DNA of 64,000 nucleotides from Candidatus Iainarchaeum sp. (GTDB taxonomy: Archaea; Iainarchaeota; Iainarchaeia; Iainarchaeales; JAAZKV01). The stretch is from NCBI GenBank assembly GCA_028702895.1, contig JAQVNZ010000002.1:9296-73295 (forward strand), given 5' to 3'. The notes under the pieces were generated by a model, which did not search any database, was not told where the DNA came from, and saw only the letters and a list, made by a program, of their open reading frames with translations. Each line of letters begins with the position of its first letter. Position 1 is the stretch's first letter. Shown here in pieces: positions 19,836 to 28,613 of the stretch. A program made the translations under genes and the position numbers.

Positions 19836-20030
19836 TTATTTTTGATATTTCATTACTTCTTCTGTTAGATCAACGCTAGTTAATAACATTTTTCTACAAC
19901 AATTTCTAATTATTTTTAAGTCATCAAGTACTTTTCCTGCGTCTTCTCCTTTTTCTACCCTGTCCTTGAATTCTTGGTAGTATCCTGCAACAGGTTTTCC
20001 ACACGAAAAACATCTTATTGGTATTATCAT
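19836..20030 (-). CDS. rpoN: DNA-directed RNA polymerase subunit N (Rpb10 homolog)
   Basis: MIIPIRCFSCGKPVAGYYQEF...LDDLKIIRNCCRKMLLTSVDL matches the RpoN zinc-bundle consensus. Confidence 0.85.
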   Translation of the reverse strand: MIIPIRCFSCGKPVAGYYQEFKDRVEKGEDAGKVLDDLKIIRNCCRKMLLTSVDLTEEVMKYQK

Positions 20031-20035
20031 ATTGA

Positions 20036-20482
20036 TTACCTCTTACTCTTTTGTTTTTTCTTTCTAGCTTTAGGCCCTAATGGCTTCTTTGTTTCTACTT
20101 TTCGAACATCATCTACTAATAATGCTCTATCATATAACATAAATAAATCTCTATATTTTTTTCCTTTTGCTTTAACAATTGCTTTTGCGATTGATGCTCT
20201 TACTGCAAAGATTTGACTCATTCGCCCAGATCCTTTTACATTAACATTAATATCAAATTCGCTTATAACGTCTTCTGCGATTTGTAGGGGTTCTCTTAAC
20301 ATATCTTTTACGTGTCCTTGTGCGTATGCATCAATACTCAGGTGGTTTATTTTTATTTTCCCAGTTCCTTTTTTGATTGTTGCTCTTGCAATAGCAGTTT
20401 TTTTCTTAGCTTTAACTTGCATTCCTGCTTTTTTAGTTGCAACTTTTATTTTTTTCTTTTCTTCCATTTTACCACGTTCCAC
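20036..20482 (-). CDS. rps9: Ribosomal protein S9 (uS9)
   Basis: KKKTAIARATIKKGTGKIKIN ... ends KKQKSKR, the typical uS9 C-terminus. Confidence 0.9.
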   Translation of the reverse strand: MERGKMEEKKKIKVATKKAGMQVKAKKKTAIARATIKKGTGKIKINHLSIDAYAQGHVKDMLREPLQIAEDVISEFDINVNVKGSGRMSQIFAVRASIAKAIVKAKGKKYRDLFMLYDRALLVDDVRKVETKKPLGPKARKKKQKSKR

Positions 20483-20888
20483 CTAATGCTTCGGCAATTT
20501 CTTTTAAACTCATATAATCGTGTTTGTCATTAAATTTTGCTTCTTTTATTATTTCGCTTGTTGTAAGATCCAAATTTTTTGGATTTAAATTATAAACTGT
20601 TAATTGTTTTATTAATCTTTCAGCGGTTTTTTTTCTTTTAGGTAACATTCCTTTAACCATTCTTCTTAACATTTTACTTGGAATTCTATCATATTTTGGT
20701 CCAAAATGTGGGTTTGATTTAACTGCTGCATCAACTCTTTGTTGGAATTTTGGCATAATTGAAGTTTTTGTTCCAACCATTATTGCTTTTTGAGCATTAA
20801 CTATTGTTATTGTTTCGTTTTCAATTATTTTTTTTGCAACTTTACTTGCAAGTCTTCCTGCTATTAATCCTTCTGCGTTTATAATCAT
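20469..20888 (-). CDS. rpl13: Ribosomal protein L13 (uL13)
   Basis: MIINAEGLIAGRLASKVAKKI...TIVNAQKAIMVGTKT...RMVKGMLPKRK. Confidence 0.9.
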   Translation of the reverse strand: MIINAEGLIAGRLASKVAKKIIENETITIVNAQKAIMVGTKTSIMPKFQQRVDAAVKSNPHFGPKYDRIPSKMLRRMVKGMLPKRKKTAERLIKQLTVYNLNPKNLDLTTSEIIKEAKFNDKHDYMSLKEIAEALGGTW

Positions 20889-21241
20889 TATTTCACCAAT
20901 ATAATTTCTTTCGTATTAATTTTTTCGTTAACAAAATCTTTTAAATGTATAAATTTTCCTGTTTTATTTATTTTTTCAATTGCTTTTTGTGAAGCAGTTA
21001 TTCCTATTATTGTTATTTTTTCTTCAAATTCTCCTTTTGATAAAATTTTCCCTGGAACTATAATTGTTTTTCCTTTAAATTTTTTTGCCATTTTATCTAA
21101 TTTTTCAACATTAACAACAATATTATTTCTTGTTGGTTTTTGGATTCTTTTTGCTAAATCCTTCCAAATTTTTTTCTTAGTCTTCCGACTAACAATTTCT
21201 AATTTCGCAACCAATTTTTGTGTTTCTAATTTTTTTGTCAT
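20888..21241 (-). CDS. rpl18e: Ribosomal protein L18e; start corrected to the internal ATG at 21241
   Basis: From MTKKLETQKLVAKL...NVEKLDKMAKKFKGKTIIVPGKILSKGEFEEKITIIGITASQKAIEKI matches eL18. The track ORF was extended to 21442 through the tRNA-Leu gene, which is an artefact. Confidence 0.8.
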   Translation of the reverse strand: MTKKLETQKLVAKLEIVSRKTKKKIWKDLAKRIQKPTRNNIVVNVEKLDKMAKKFKGKTIIVPGKILSKGEFEEKITIIGITASQKAIEKINKTGKFIHLKDFVNEKINTKEIILVK

Positions 21242-21282
21242 TTTTTCACCTAATTTTAATCTATTTTTGCATTTTATTATAA

Positions 21283-21411
21283 TGCACGGGAACGGATTTG
21301 AACCGTCGAAGGCACTAAGCCACAGGATAACTAAAACCTTTTCTTTTACCAAATATTTTATTTGAAAAAATTCCTTAAGTCCTGCCCCTTTGACCGCTCG
21401 GGAACCCGTGC
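21283..21411 (-). tRNA. tRNA-Leu(UAA), type II with long variable arm, containing a ~45-nt intron at the canonical 37/38 position; CCA not encoded
   Basis: RC sequence: GCACGGG TT CCCGAGCGGTCAAAGGG G CAGGA CTTAAG [intron GAATTTTTTCAAATAAAATATTTGGTAAAAGAAAAGGTTTTAGTT] A TCCTG TGGCTTAGTGCCTTC GACGG TTCAAAT CCGTT CCCGTGC A. The acceptor stem pairs perfectly (7 bp), the anticodon stem CAGGA/TCCTG pairs perfectly, and the T-loop is TTCAAAT. The locus is a GC-rich island in an AT-rich region. The mature length is about 84 nt. Confidence 0.75.
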
Positions 21412-21489
21412 TGTACCGGCTAGCTTTTTGGCTAAACACCATTTTTTGGGTGTGCCTTTAGTTGGCCTTGGGACTATATTGCTTTGCAA

Positions 21490-22248
21490 TTATAATTTTT
21501 TAACTTCTTTTAATAATTCTTCTAATTTTTTATCCATTACACTAACTGCTGAATTTATTATTTCTTCTTTTGTTAGTTGTCCTGTTGTTTCTATTGTTAA
21601 AATAAATTCGTTTTCACTATAATTAACATTAATACCATATTTTTCTAGTATGTTAATTGGTTGATCATGAAATTTAATATTGTATGGGTCTAACAAAAAT
21701 AATTTTCCTGCTTTTAATTCAACACTTCCTATTGGTAATTCTTTCATTAAAGCGGTTACATCCGAATGTGTTTTTGTATTATCGATTATTGGTAATTCAT
21801 TATATGATATTATTGCTGGTTGGTGTTTAACATGTTGTGAACCATTTTTCATTATTGCGCTCATTTCCATTTTTATTCTTTTTTCATTTCCTAATCTAGT
21901 TAAATAAATTTTTTGATCAATGATTTCTATTTTTGGATCAGTGCATTTTATGTCTTTACTAGTTACTATTCCTGGCCCTTCTTTTTCTAAAATTAATTTC
22001 ACACTTTCTCCTTCTTTATAGCTTTTTAAATCAGTTTTAATTGGTAATAATCCTAATCTGTTTGCAAGCATTTCATCAAATAATGGTGAATCGTTTTCGT
22101 AAAAGGTTACTTCGTCTATTGCTAGGCATGGTACATCTGACATTATTGTTCTTCTTAAAGAATTCATCATTGCAATATTAACACCTTTAATAAGATATTT
22201 TGCTAGATTTCCATCTTCATAAACCTTTTTTATATCCATAAATATCAC
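21490..22248 (-). CDS. rpoD: DNA-directed RNA polymerase subunit D (Rpb3 homolog)
   Basis: Canonical position after S11. 252 aa with the RpoD dimerisation fold pattern (VNIAMMNSLRRTIMSDVPCLAIDEVTFYEN). Confidence 0.85.
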   Translation of the reverse strand: MIFMDIKKVYEDGNLAKYLIKGVNIAMMNSLRRTIMSDVPCLAIDEVTFYENDSPLFDEMLANRLGLLPIKTDLKSYKEGESVKLILEKEGPGIVTSKDIKCTDPKIEIIDQKIYLTRLGNEKRIKMEMSAIMKNGSQHVKHQPAIISYNELPIIDNTKTHSDVTALMKELPIGSVELKAGKLFLLDPYNIKFHDQPINILEKYGINVNYSENEFILTIETTGQLTKEEIINSAVSVMDKKLEELLKEVKKL

Positions 22249-22634
22249 TTTTTAGTTTTTCCTCTAAATTTTTTCTTTTTTCTACATCCATCGTGTGGTT
22301 GGGGTGTTACATTTTCAATTGAAATTATTCTAAGTCCATTTCTTGTTAATGATCTTATTGCTGCTTCTGCTCCAGATCCTGCTGATGGACTTTTGCTTCC
22401 ACCTCGGCCTCTTACTTTAACAAAAATTTCAGTTATTCCCTTTTCTCTTGCTGAATTAGCTAAATTTTCTGCTAATTTCATTGCAACGTATGGTGATCCT
22501 TCTTTATGTTGTGCTTTTGTTTCCATTCCACCACTAGATTTTGATATTGTTTCTGATCCAGTCATATCTGTCAATAATAACATTGTATTGTTGTGTGTAG
22601 CAAAAATATGCACTATTCCTTTGTTTTCAGCCAT
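22245..22634 (-). CDS. rps11: Ribosomal protein S11 (uS11)
   Basis: GIVHIFATHNNTMLLLTDMTGSETISKSSGGM...TPQPHDGCRKKKKFRG. Confidence 0.9.
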   Translation of the reverse strand: MAENKGIVHIFATHNNTMLLLTDMTGSETISKSSGGMETKAQHKEGSPYVAMKLAENLANSAREKGITEIFVKVRGRGGSKSPSAGSGAEAAIRSLTRNGLRIISIENVTPQPHDGCRKKKKFRGKTKK

Positions 22635-23299
22635 TACTTAATCACCTTTGATTCATTCATAATTTCTTTTTTTTGAGGTATATTTTCTTTTGTTATTTTG
22701 TCTTTTGGTTTTTTGTTTGCATCTTCTTCTTCATTTATAGCTTCTTTTATTTCTTCAAATTTATCTTTTAATGTATTTTTAGTTTCAGTTTTTATTTTTA
22801 TATGTTTTTTTAATTCTACTTGTAATTCTTTTCCATAATAATTTATGTTATTTTCTTCATCGAAAGTCACAATATAACTTGGTATATTAACTTTTTTTCC
22901 ATTAATTGCTATGTGTCCGTGTGTTATAAATTGCCTTGCTTGTTTTGTTGTATTTGCTAATCCTTTTCTCCATACTATTGTTTGTAATCTTCTTTCTAAT
23001 ATGGATTCTACGTTTAATGTTAATACATCATCAAGAGTTGGTGTTTTTGTTAAGATTCCTATTTTCTTTAAGGATGTTAATAATTCACTTTCTCTTTTTA
23101 ATCTTGTTTGGAGATTTAATGCTAATAATTTTCTTGCAGTTGCTCGTTTTGCTCTTATTATTGTTTCTGCTCTATAAAATTCTTTTTTATTTTTTAAACC
23201 ATATAATTCTTTTAATTGTTTTTCTTTAACCATTCTTTCTTTTTGGAATGATTTTCTTGGTTTTGAATACATTCTTTTTCTTTTTTTCGGGTCACCCAT
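22634..23299 (-). CDS. rps4: Ribosomal protein S4 (uS4) with Lys/Glu-rich C-terminal extension
   Basis: [45 protein letters not shown]... and an S4 RNA-binding domain. The last ~45 aa are low complexity ([19 protein letters not shown]). Confidence 0.9.
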   Translation of the reverse strand: MGDPKKRKRMYSKPRKSFQKERMVKEKQLKELYGLKNKKEFYRAETIIRAKRATARKLLALNLQTRLKRESELLTSLKKIGILTKTPTLDDVLTLNVESILERRLQTIVWRKGLANTTKQARQFITHGHIAINGKKVNIPSYIVTFDEENNINYYGKELQVELKKHIKIKTETKNTLKDKFEEIKEAINEEEDANKKPKDKITKENIPQKKEIMNESKVIK

Positions 23300-23310
23300 T
23301 TAACATCACT

Positions 23311-23790
23311 TTATTTTTTTCCTTTTACGTTATCTTTTTTAGATACTCCAACAACTTTTCCTTTGCCTTTTCCTCTGTGAGTACTTCTTGTTTTTTGTCC
23401 TCTTACAGTTAATCCCCACATTCTTCTTAATCCTTTATATGATTTTATTTCGGCTAGTCTTTGGAAATCATTTCTTAACTGGAAATCCAAATCATTCATT
23501 GTTAAATGCTTGTTTTCGCCAGTTTCGTAATCTTTTCGTCTATTTAAAATCCATTCTGGAAGATTTGTTTTATTAAGATTTTGAATTATTTCTTCCAATT
23601 TTTTTATTTCTTCTGCTTTTAAATCACCTAATTTTGTATCAAAAGGCATTTCATTTTCAGTGCAAAATTTTGTTGATATTATTTTTCCTAATCTGTGACT
23701 AATTCCTTTTATTCGCATTAAACTTTCGTTAATGTTTTTTGTACCATCTAAGTCTTTTCCAATTATTCTTACAATAAGATTTTCAACCAT
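23311..23790 (-). CDS. rps13: Ribosomal protein S13 (uS13)
   Basis: IRIIGKDLDGTKNINESLMRIKGISHRLGKIISTKF... and a basic C-terminal tail. Confidence 0.9.
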   Translation of the reverse strand: MVENLIVRIIGKDLDGTKNINESLMRIKGISHRLGKIISTKFCTENEMPFDTKLGDLKAEEIKKLEEIIQNLNKTNLPEWILNRRKDYETGENKHLTMNDLDFQLRNDFQRLAEIKSYKGLRRMWGLTVRGQKTRSTHRGKGKGKVVGVSKKDNVKGKK

Positions 23791-23797
23791 TTTTTCA

Positions 23798-24013
23798 TCA
23801 CTTCTTTAATAATTTAATTAATTCTTCATGTTTTATTTCTTTCCCAACTTTTAATTTTTGTTTTAGTGGGAATAAATGTATTATATTACATTCTTTTCGC
23901 TTTATTTTTTCTCCGTCTATTAATACCTTTCCATTTTTTAATTCAGATATAATTATAACTTTTCTTCCGGCTTCGCGTCCTTTGGTTTTTATACAAACTT
24001 GTCCTATTTCCAT
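23798..24013 (-). CDS. rpl14e: Ribosomal protein L14e (KOW)
   Basis: MEIGQVCIKTKGREAGRKVIIISELKNGKVLIDGEKIKRKECNIIHLFP matches the eL14 KOW pattern. Confidence 0.75.
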   Translation of the reverse strand: MEIGQVCIKTKGREAGRKVIIISELKNGKVLIDGEKIKRKECNIIHLFPLKQKLKVGKEIKHEELIKLLKK

Positions 24014-24015
24014 TT

Positions 24016-24351
24016 TTATTCAGCCCTTTTTAATGCTTGTTTAACATATTTTCTGTATTTTTGATCAACATCATCAATATCTTTTATTTCAGCAATTACT
24101 TTTCCTGTTTCTATAAATACTTGTTCTCTTGCTTTAGTGCATAGTATTCCTCCAAAAGGAACACTTGGTTTTTTTTGTGTTTTGCTTTCTTTACTTGATT
24201 GTTTATTTGATGTGCCTAATAGTTTTTCACCGGTTATTGCACAATTTTTTTCTTGATTTTGTTCTCTATAAAAAACTCTTTTTGTTTTAGATGGAGTTCT
24301 CACATACTTTCTTTTCATTGTTCGTTTTCTTGGTTCAACCATTTCAATCAC
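24016..24351 (-). CDS. rpl34e: Ribosomal protein L34e
   Basis: RKYVRTPSKTKRVFYREQNQEKNCAITGEKLLGT...KKPSVPFGGILCTKAREQV follows the eL34 pattern (R.V.TPGG..V.Y....C..CG..L.G...RPYGG.LC). Has a C-terminal extension. Confidence 0.7.
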   Translation of the reverse strand: MIEMVEPRKRTMKRKYVRTPSKTKRVFYREQNQEKNCAITGEKLLGTSNKQSSKESKTQKKPSVPFGGILCTKAREQVFIETGKVIAEIKDIDDVDQKYRKYVKQALKRAE

Positions 24352-24836
24352 TTTTTTTTATCATAAATTTTTTCAATAATTGTAAGTATTATTGTTGTTA
24401 TAAGGTAGTAAAAGAAATATGCTTTGTAATATCCTGTTGTCGTAGTTATTCCAATCGGCATCCATGAAAGTGGATTTAATAATCCAAATTCGCTGAATTG
24501 TGGTAATGGGATAATTGACTCAAAGCTAATTCCACCATAAAAAAAACCTAATACACTAAAAGCAACTAGAAATATTGGTAATGAAATTAACATTACTTTG
24601 TTTGACATTTGTAACATTTTTCCTTGTATTTCAAACATTTCTTTTTGTAATAATGATGTTTTTTCTTGGTTTCCTTCTTTTAATGCCTCCTTAACTTTAA
24701 TATTAATTTTTTTTAAATCCGTTTGATATTCTTTCATTAATTCTTTGTTAATAAATTTTCTTTGAATTACTTTTGAGATTATTGCAAGTGTAATACACAA
24801 CAGTAATATTGCTATTGCTGGTTGTATTATATCCAA
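24348..24836 (-). CDS. DUF106/EMC3-like membrane protein (archaeal Oxa1/YidC-superfamily candidate); TTG start
   Basis: 3 TM segments with a coiled-coil between TM1 and TM2. It occupies the position held by the DUF106 gene between secY/adk and L34e in other archaea. The only in-frame start is TTG at 24836..24834, with GGTGA 7 nt upstream. Confidence 0.5.
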   Translation of the reverse strand: MDIIQPAIAILLLCITLAIISKVIQRKFINKELMKEYQTDLKKINIKVKEALKEGNQEKTSLLQKEMFEIQGKMLQMSNKVMLISLPIFLVAFSVLGFFYGGISFESIIPLPQFSEFGLLNPLSWMPIGITTTTGYYKAYFFYYLITTIILTIIEKIYDKKK

Positions 24837-24909
24837 TATTTGCTCACCAATATTTATTTTTTAATGGGAATATTATATAAAGCTTCCCTCCAAAATTTCC
24901 CTTTTTTTT

Positions 24910-25008
24910 GGATTGAAGGCTTGCGAGAGTTCGCAAACCACTCATTTCTGAGCGCCTTTGATCAACAATTTTGTTGATTCTAAAAATAATTCTTTTTAGA
25001 ATTATTTT
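24910..25008. other. GC-rich structured island plus three consecutive hairpins between secY and the downstream gene
   Basis: ggattgaaggcttgcgagagttcgcaaaccactcatttctgagcgcc (24911..24957) is far more GC-rich than its surroundings and contains the palindrome ttgcga-gagt-tcgcaa. It is followed by atcaacaa-tt-ttgttgat (24961..24978) and aaaataattc-ttttta-gaattatttt (24983..25008), each with flanking T/A runs. Confidence 0.25.
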
Positions 25009-25071
25009 ATTTTTTTAATCACTTTTCATGATTTTTAATTCAAATTAATTTTAATTTGACTAAATTTAATT

Positions 25072-26418
25072 TTATAATTTTCCTAATAATGGTGCTAATA
25101 AATCTGCTTGACTTTTAGCAATTTCTTCATAGAATCTATAAATGATTCCAACTGTTAATAATATTCCTGTTCCTGAAGAAATACCTGATAATACTAAGTC
25201 TCCTCCGCCTGCTAATAATGCAACAAAAATTGATCCTAGTATTGTTATTGGTGGTATGTAACGTTTTAAAACTTTCTCTATTACTCTTTTATCTTTTCTA
25301 AAACCAGGTATTTGCATTCCTGATTTTTCTAATTGTTCTGCTACTGCACTAGTACTCTGATTACCCATTTCAACCCAAAACCAACCAAATACAACACAAG
25401 TAATTATTAATAAAATCATAAATATTACTGCTTGAAATATTGCGGGCATTGTAATTGAATTTAATCCGCCTTGGATTATTATTCCTTGGATTAGACTTTG
25501 TCCTCCAATACTAGGCATGTTTACTGCCCAACTTAATCCTTGCATGAGTGTTCCTACTATTGGAACGTTTTGTAAAAATAATCCCCATAATCTAACATTC
25601 ATGAATAATGACATTGCTAGTATTACTGGCATGTTACTAACATACAAAAATTTAACGGGGTATCTTCCACCAGTTCCTCGATGACCCATTGTTATTGGAA
25701 TATTAACGTGTATTCCTTCTGCAAATACTACTATTAAGAAAATAATTATTACTCCTAATAATGGTAATAATAAAATCCAATTTCCTGTGCTTAAAAAACT
25801 CCAAAATATTCCTGCTTGTACTTCTAATCCTATTTGTGGTCTAAATGTTTGCCAAAATATTGTTGCACTTACTCCTGCTGCAATAAATAAACTTATTCCT
25901 GATCCAATACCGTATTTTGATACTAGTTCATCTAAATATAATAATATTAATGATCCTATTGCGATTTGAAATACTAGAGGTATTAAAAATCCGGGTTGGG
26001 GTGTTAGTAATCCTGATCCAATGAAAATATATCCTTCAACAAAACATAATAATACTGCTAATATTTTTTGTAATGCTTGAAATTTTGATCTTCCTTCACC
26101 TGTGCCTAAATCAATATTTAATAATTTGGCTCCTACAAATAATTGTAAGAATATTGATGCCATTACAATTGGGCCAATTCCTGCGGTTAATAATGTTCCA
26201 ACATTACTTGCAAGTATTGTTTGCGCGAACATAATTTGCTTTACTGATTCTGAAGCAAAATCCATTCCAACAAGAGTTATTTGTCCTAGGATAAAAAATA
26301 TGATTAGTGCTGTTGCTGTCCAAATTAATTTTTGTTTGAATGGCACTTCTTTTGTGGGTGCTTTGATTTCGGGTAAGAAACTAGAAAGTCTTACGAGTGT
26401 ATCAATTATTACTCCCAA
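25072..26418 (-). CDS. secY: Preprotein translocase subunit SecY
   Basis: 448 aa with 10 TM segments. Conserved position after L15. N-terminal region VRLSSFLPEIKAPTKEVPFKQKLIWTATALIIFFILGQITLVG. Confidence 0.9.
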   Translation of the reverse strand: MGVIIDTLVRLSSFLPEIKAPTKEVPFKQKLIWTATALIIFFILGQITLVGMDFASESVKQIMFAQTILASNVGTLLTAGIGPIVMASIFLQLFVGAKLLNIDLGTGEGRSKFQALQKILAVLLCFVEGYIFIGSGLLTPQPGFLIPLVFQIAIGSLILLYLDELVSKYGIGSGISLFIAAGVSATIFWQTFRPQIGLEVQAGIFWSFLSTGNWILLLPLLGVIIIFLIVVFAEGIHVNIPITMGHRGTGGRYPVKFLYVSNMPVILAMSLFMNVRLWGLFLQNVPIVGTLMQGLSWAVNMPSIGGQSLIQGIIIQGGLNSITMPAIFQAVIFMILLIITCVVFGWFWVEMGNQSTSAVAEQLEKSGMQIPGFRKDKRVIEKVLKRYIPPITILGSIFVALLAGGGDLVLSGISSGTGILLTVGIIYRFYEEIAKSQADLLAPLLGKL

Positions 26419-26438
26419 TAAATCACCATTAATTAATT

Positions 26439-26900
26439 TTATTCTTCGTCGAAATCTTCATCTTCTTGGAATAAATCATCATCTTCTTTTGCGCCATCAA
26501 CAATTCCGTTTGCTTTAATAATTTTTTCAATAGCTTTTTTTGAAGCTTTTATTTGAACGTGTAATTTTTTGTTTATTGTTCCTTGGCTCAAGATTTTTTC
26601 AAAACCACTATCGCTTGTTATTATGTATATATCTTTGTTTTTTGTAACTTTTCCTTTCATAACAAGGTCATCTAATTTTTGATTTAAATTTTCAAGTGAA
26701 ATACTTTTTCCTTTTGCTCTTGGTTTTAATCTAACTTTTTTAGGGTCTAATCTTCCAATTGAAGCGAATTTTCCTTTATTTGCTCCTGCTCTTCCTCTCC
26801 CACCTCGGCATCCTCCACCTCTATTATTCTTTGTGTCTCCTTGGCCGTGTGTTCTCTCGCCTCTAACTTTATTTTTTTTCCTTCTTTTTCTTTCAGTCAT
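26439..26900 (-). CDS. rpl15: Ribosomal protein L15 (uL15) with acidic C-terminal tail
   Basis: KKNKVRGERTHGQGDTKNNRGGGCRGGRGRAGANKGKF. The C-terminus is EDDDLFQEDEDFDEE. Confidence 0.85.
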   Translation of the reverse strand: MTERKRRKKNKVRGERTHGQGDTKNNRGGGCRGGRGRAGANKGKFASIGRLDPKKVRLKPRAKGKSISLENLNQKLDDLVMKGKVTKNKDIYIITSDSGFEKILSQGTINKKLHVQIKASKKAIEKIIKANGIVDGAKEDDDLFQEDEDFDEE

Positions 26901-26909
26901 AATAATCCC

Positions 26910-27332
26910 TTATATCATTTTTTTTATTAATTCATTAATATTATCTTTTCTATTTCCTAATGCTCCGCCTAAAGTAAATGGTTTTTTTATTCCTTTTCTA
27001 TCAAACCCTTTTCTTGGTGGACTTAATCTAAATTGATTTTTTAAATTAACTTCTTTCATTTTTTTTCCAGATAAAAACCCATCTATTGCATTTTGTATTT
27101 CTAATTTTCCTTCTATGGCTTTTCCTCTTTTTGTGATAACTTCTTTTATCATGTCTTCACTAATTGTTCCAAATGTTGCGTGATTTTCAACTACTTTTAA
27201 CATTTTTAAAGATTTTTTATCTTCTGGCCAAATGCTCATACTATTCACTGTATGTAAATTAAGCATGCTTAACGTCTTTTTTATTTTTGGCGAAATACTT
27301 ATTTGTCCTCTAATTCTTATTATTGCATACAT
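26910..27332 (-). CDS. rpl30: Ribosomal protein L30 (uL30)
   Basis: MYAIIRIRGQISISPKIKKTLSMLNLHTVNSMSIW ... FRLSPPRKGF...LGGALGNRKDNINELIKKM. Confidence 0.85.
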   Translation of the reverse strand: MYAIIRIRGQISISPKIKKTLSMLNLHTVNSMSIWPEDKKSLKMLKVVENHATFGTISEDMIKEVITKRGKAIEGKLEIQNAIDGFLSGKKMKEVNLKNQFRLSPPRKGFDRKGIKKPFTLGGALGNRKDNINELIKKMI

Positions 27333-27342
27333 TTAGATTACC

Positions 27343-28068
27343 TCATTTGCTAAACTTTTTCTCAATATCCTTAGTGTTTTTTATTTGTCCAGTTTTTGCT
27401 AATGCATCAACTGCAGCTCCTACAAAGTTTAATTTGTTTCCTGAATTTCCTTTTGCTTTTCCCCAAATATTTTGAATTCCTGCTAATTCCATTACTCTTT
27501 TTATATTTTGTCCAACAGTTAACCCAGTTCCTTTTGGTGCTGGCATTAATGTTACTATTACACTTCCTGACTTTCCAGTTACTTTAAATGGGATAGAATG
27601 TTTGTCTGTTGTTGGTTGTTCTTCCCAAGATCCAGATCCTCTATAAACTTTTTTTAAATTTAATCTTGCTTGTCTTTTTGCTTTTACTATTGCTGGAAAT
27701 CTATCAACATCTTTACCAATGCCAATTCCAACATAACCATCTTTATTTCCAGTTAATACTGTTACTCTAAAACTATATTTTCTTCCTGCTCTAACAACTC
27801 TTGTTGTTTTTGCAGTATCAACTACTTCATCTTCTAATTTTAATAATGAATCCACTATTTCAGGTTCTCTTATGGAATATGATTTTTCAAATATTTCATC
27901 CATTGAAGTTATTTGTCCCAATTGAACTTTTTTTCCTAATTCTGTTTTAGGAATCCAATTTGTAAGCATTTTTTCTTTTTCAATCAATTCTTTCTCAATT
28001 TTTTCTGCAATACTTTCAGGATCATTTCGTTTCCTTTTCTTTTTTACTTCGAATGGCCTTTTATTCAT
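27343..28068 (-). CDS. rps5: Ribosomal protein S5 (uS5)
   Basis: RVVRAGRKYSFRVTVLTGNKDGYVGIGIGKDVDRFPAIVKAKRQARLNL. Confidence 0.9.
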   Translation of the reverse strand: MNKRPFEVKKKRKRNDPESIAEKIEKELIEKEKMLTNWIPKTELGKKVQLGQITSMDEIFEKSYSIREPEIVDSLLKLEDEVVDTAKTTRVVRAGRKYSFRVTVLTGNKDGYVGIGIGKDVDRFPAIVKAKRQARLNLKKVYRGSGSWEEQPTTDKHSIPFKVTGKSGSVIVTLMPAPKGTGLTVGQNIKRVMELAGIQNIWGKAKGNSGNKLNFVGAAVDALAKTGQIKNTKDIEKKFSK

Positions 28069-28613
28069 AATTTCACCTTTAATATTTCAGCTTTCGTTTT
28101 TTCGAAATTCACAGTTATTTTTTCACTCATTTGTTTTTTAGTATAATTTGAAAATTTGTCTAAATGTGTTTTTGCATAATCTTCTAATATTTTTCCATTT
28201 ATTCTATCTTCTTTTGGTAATGCTTCTATTGAATGAGGGATATTAATTCCTGCATCTAATAATCCTTTTAAACAAGCAAACATTGTTCCACCATGACTTG
28301 CTTTTCTTCTTCCAATATCAAGTATAGCTTCTTTTTCACTCATTCTTTTTCCTAATAATAATCCTGTTAAATATGCTGATGGTGTATTATTTGTTCCATA
28401 AAATCCAAGTGCATCTAATTCTTTTGAATTTGCTTGTGCAAGAGTTTCGTCTCCTTTTGGATTATATTTTATTGCTTGTGCAATAATTTTTGTATTTGTT
28501 TTTCTTATAACAATTCTAACTTTTTTAGATTTTACTAATGCTAATCTTTTAGAATAATCGGTTTCCCCGCTTTTTCTTCTTTTAAATTTTGTTTCAAAAG
28601 TTTTGTCTTTCAT
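28065..28613 (-). CDS. rpl18: Ribosomal protein L18 (uL18)
   Basis: RLALVKSKKVRIVIRKTNTKIIAQAIKYNPKGDETLAQANSKEL. Confidence 0.9.
   Translation of the reverse strand: MKDKTFETKFKRRKSGETDYSKRLALVKSKKVRIVIRKTNTKIIAQAIKYNPKGDETLAQANSKELDALGFYGTNNTPSAYLTGLLLGKRMSEKEAILDIGRRKASHGGTMFACLKGLLDAGINIPHSIEALPKEDRINGKILEDYAKTHLDKFSNYTKKQMSEKITVNFEKTKAEILKVKL

Noticed and set aside
20888-21442. 184-aa ORF as called by the track (N-terminal 67 residues MVFSQKASRYSTGSRAVKGAG...)
   Set aside because: The upstream portion reads through the tRNA-Leu gene, whose GC-rich sequence gives the odd Ser/Gly/Arg-rich N-terminus. Only the part from the ATG at 21241 matches L18e.
24940-24960. C/D-box sRNA in the secY downstream GC island (CUGA at ttctgagc)
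   Set aside because: I could not find a convincing C box (RUGAUGA) on either strand or a second C'/D' pair. Retained only as a generic structured element.
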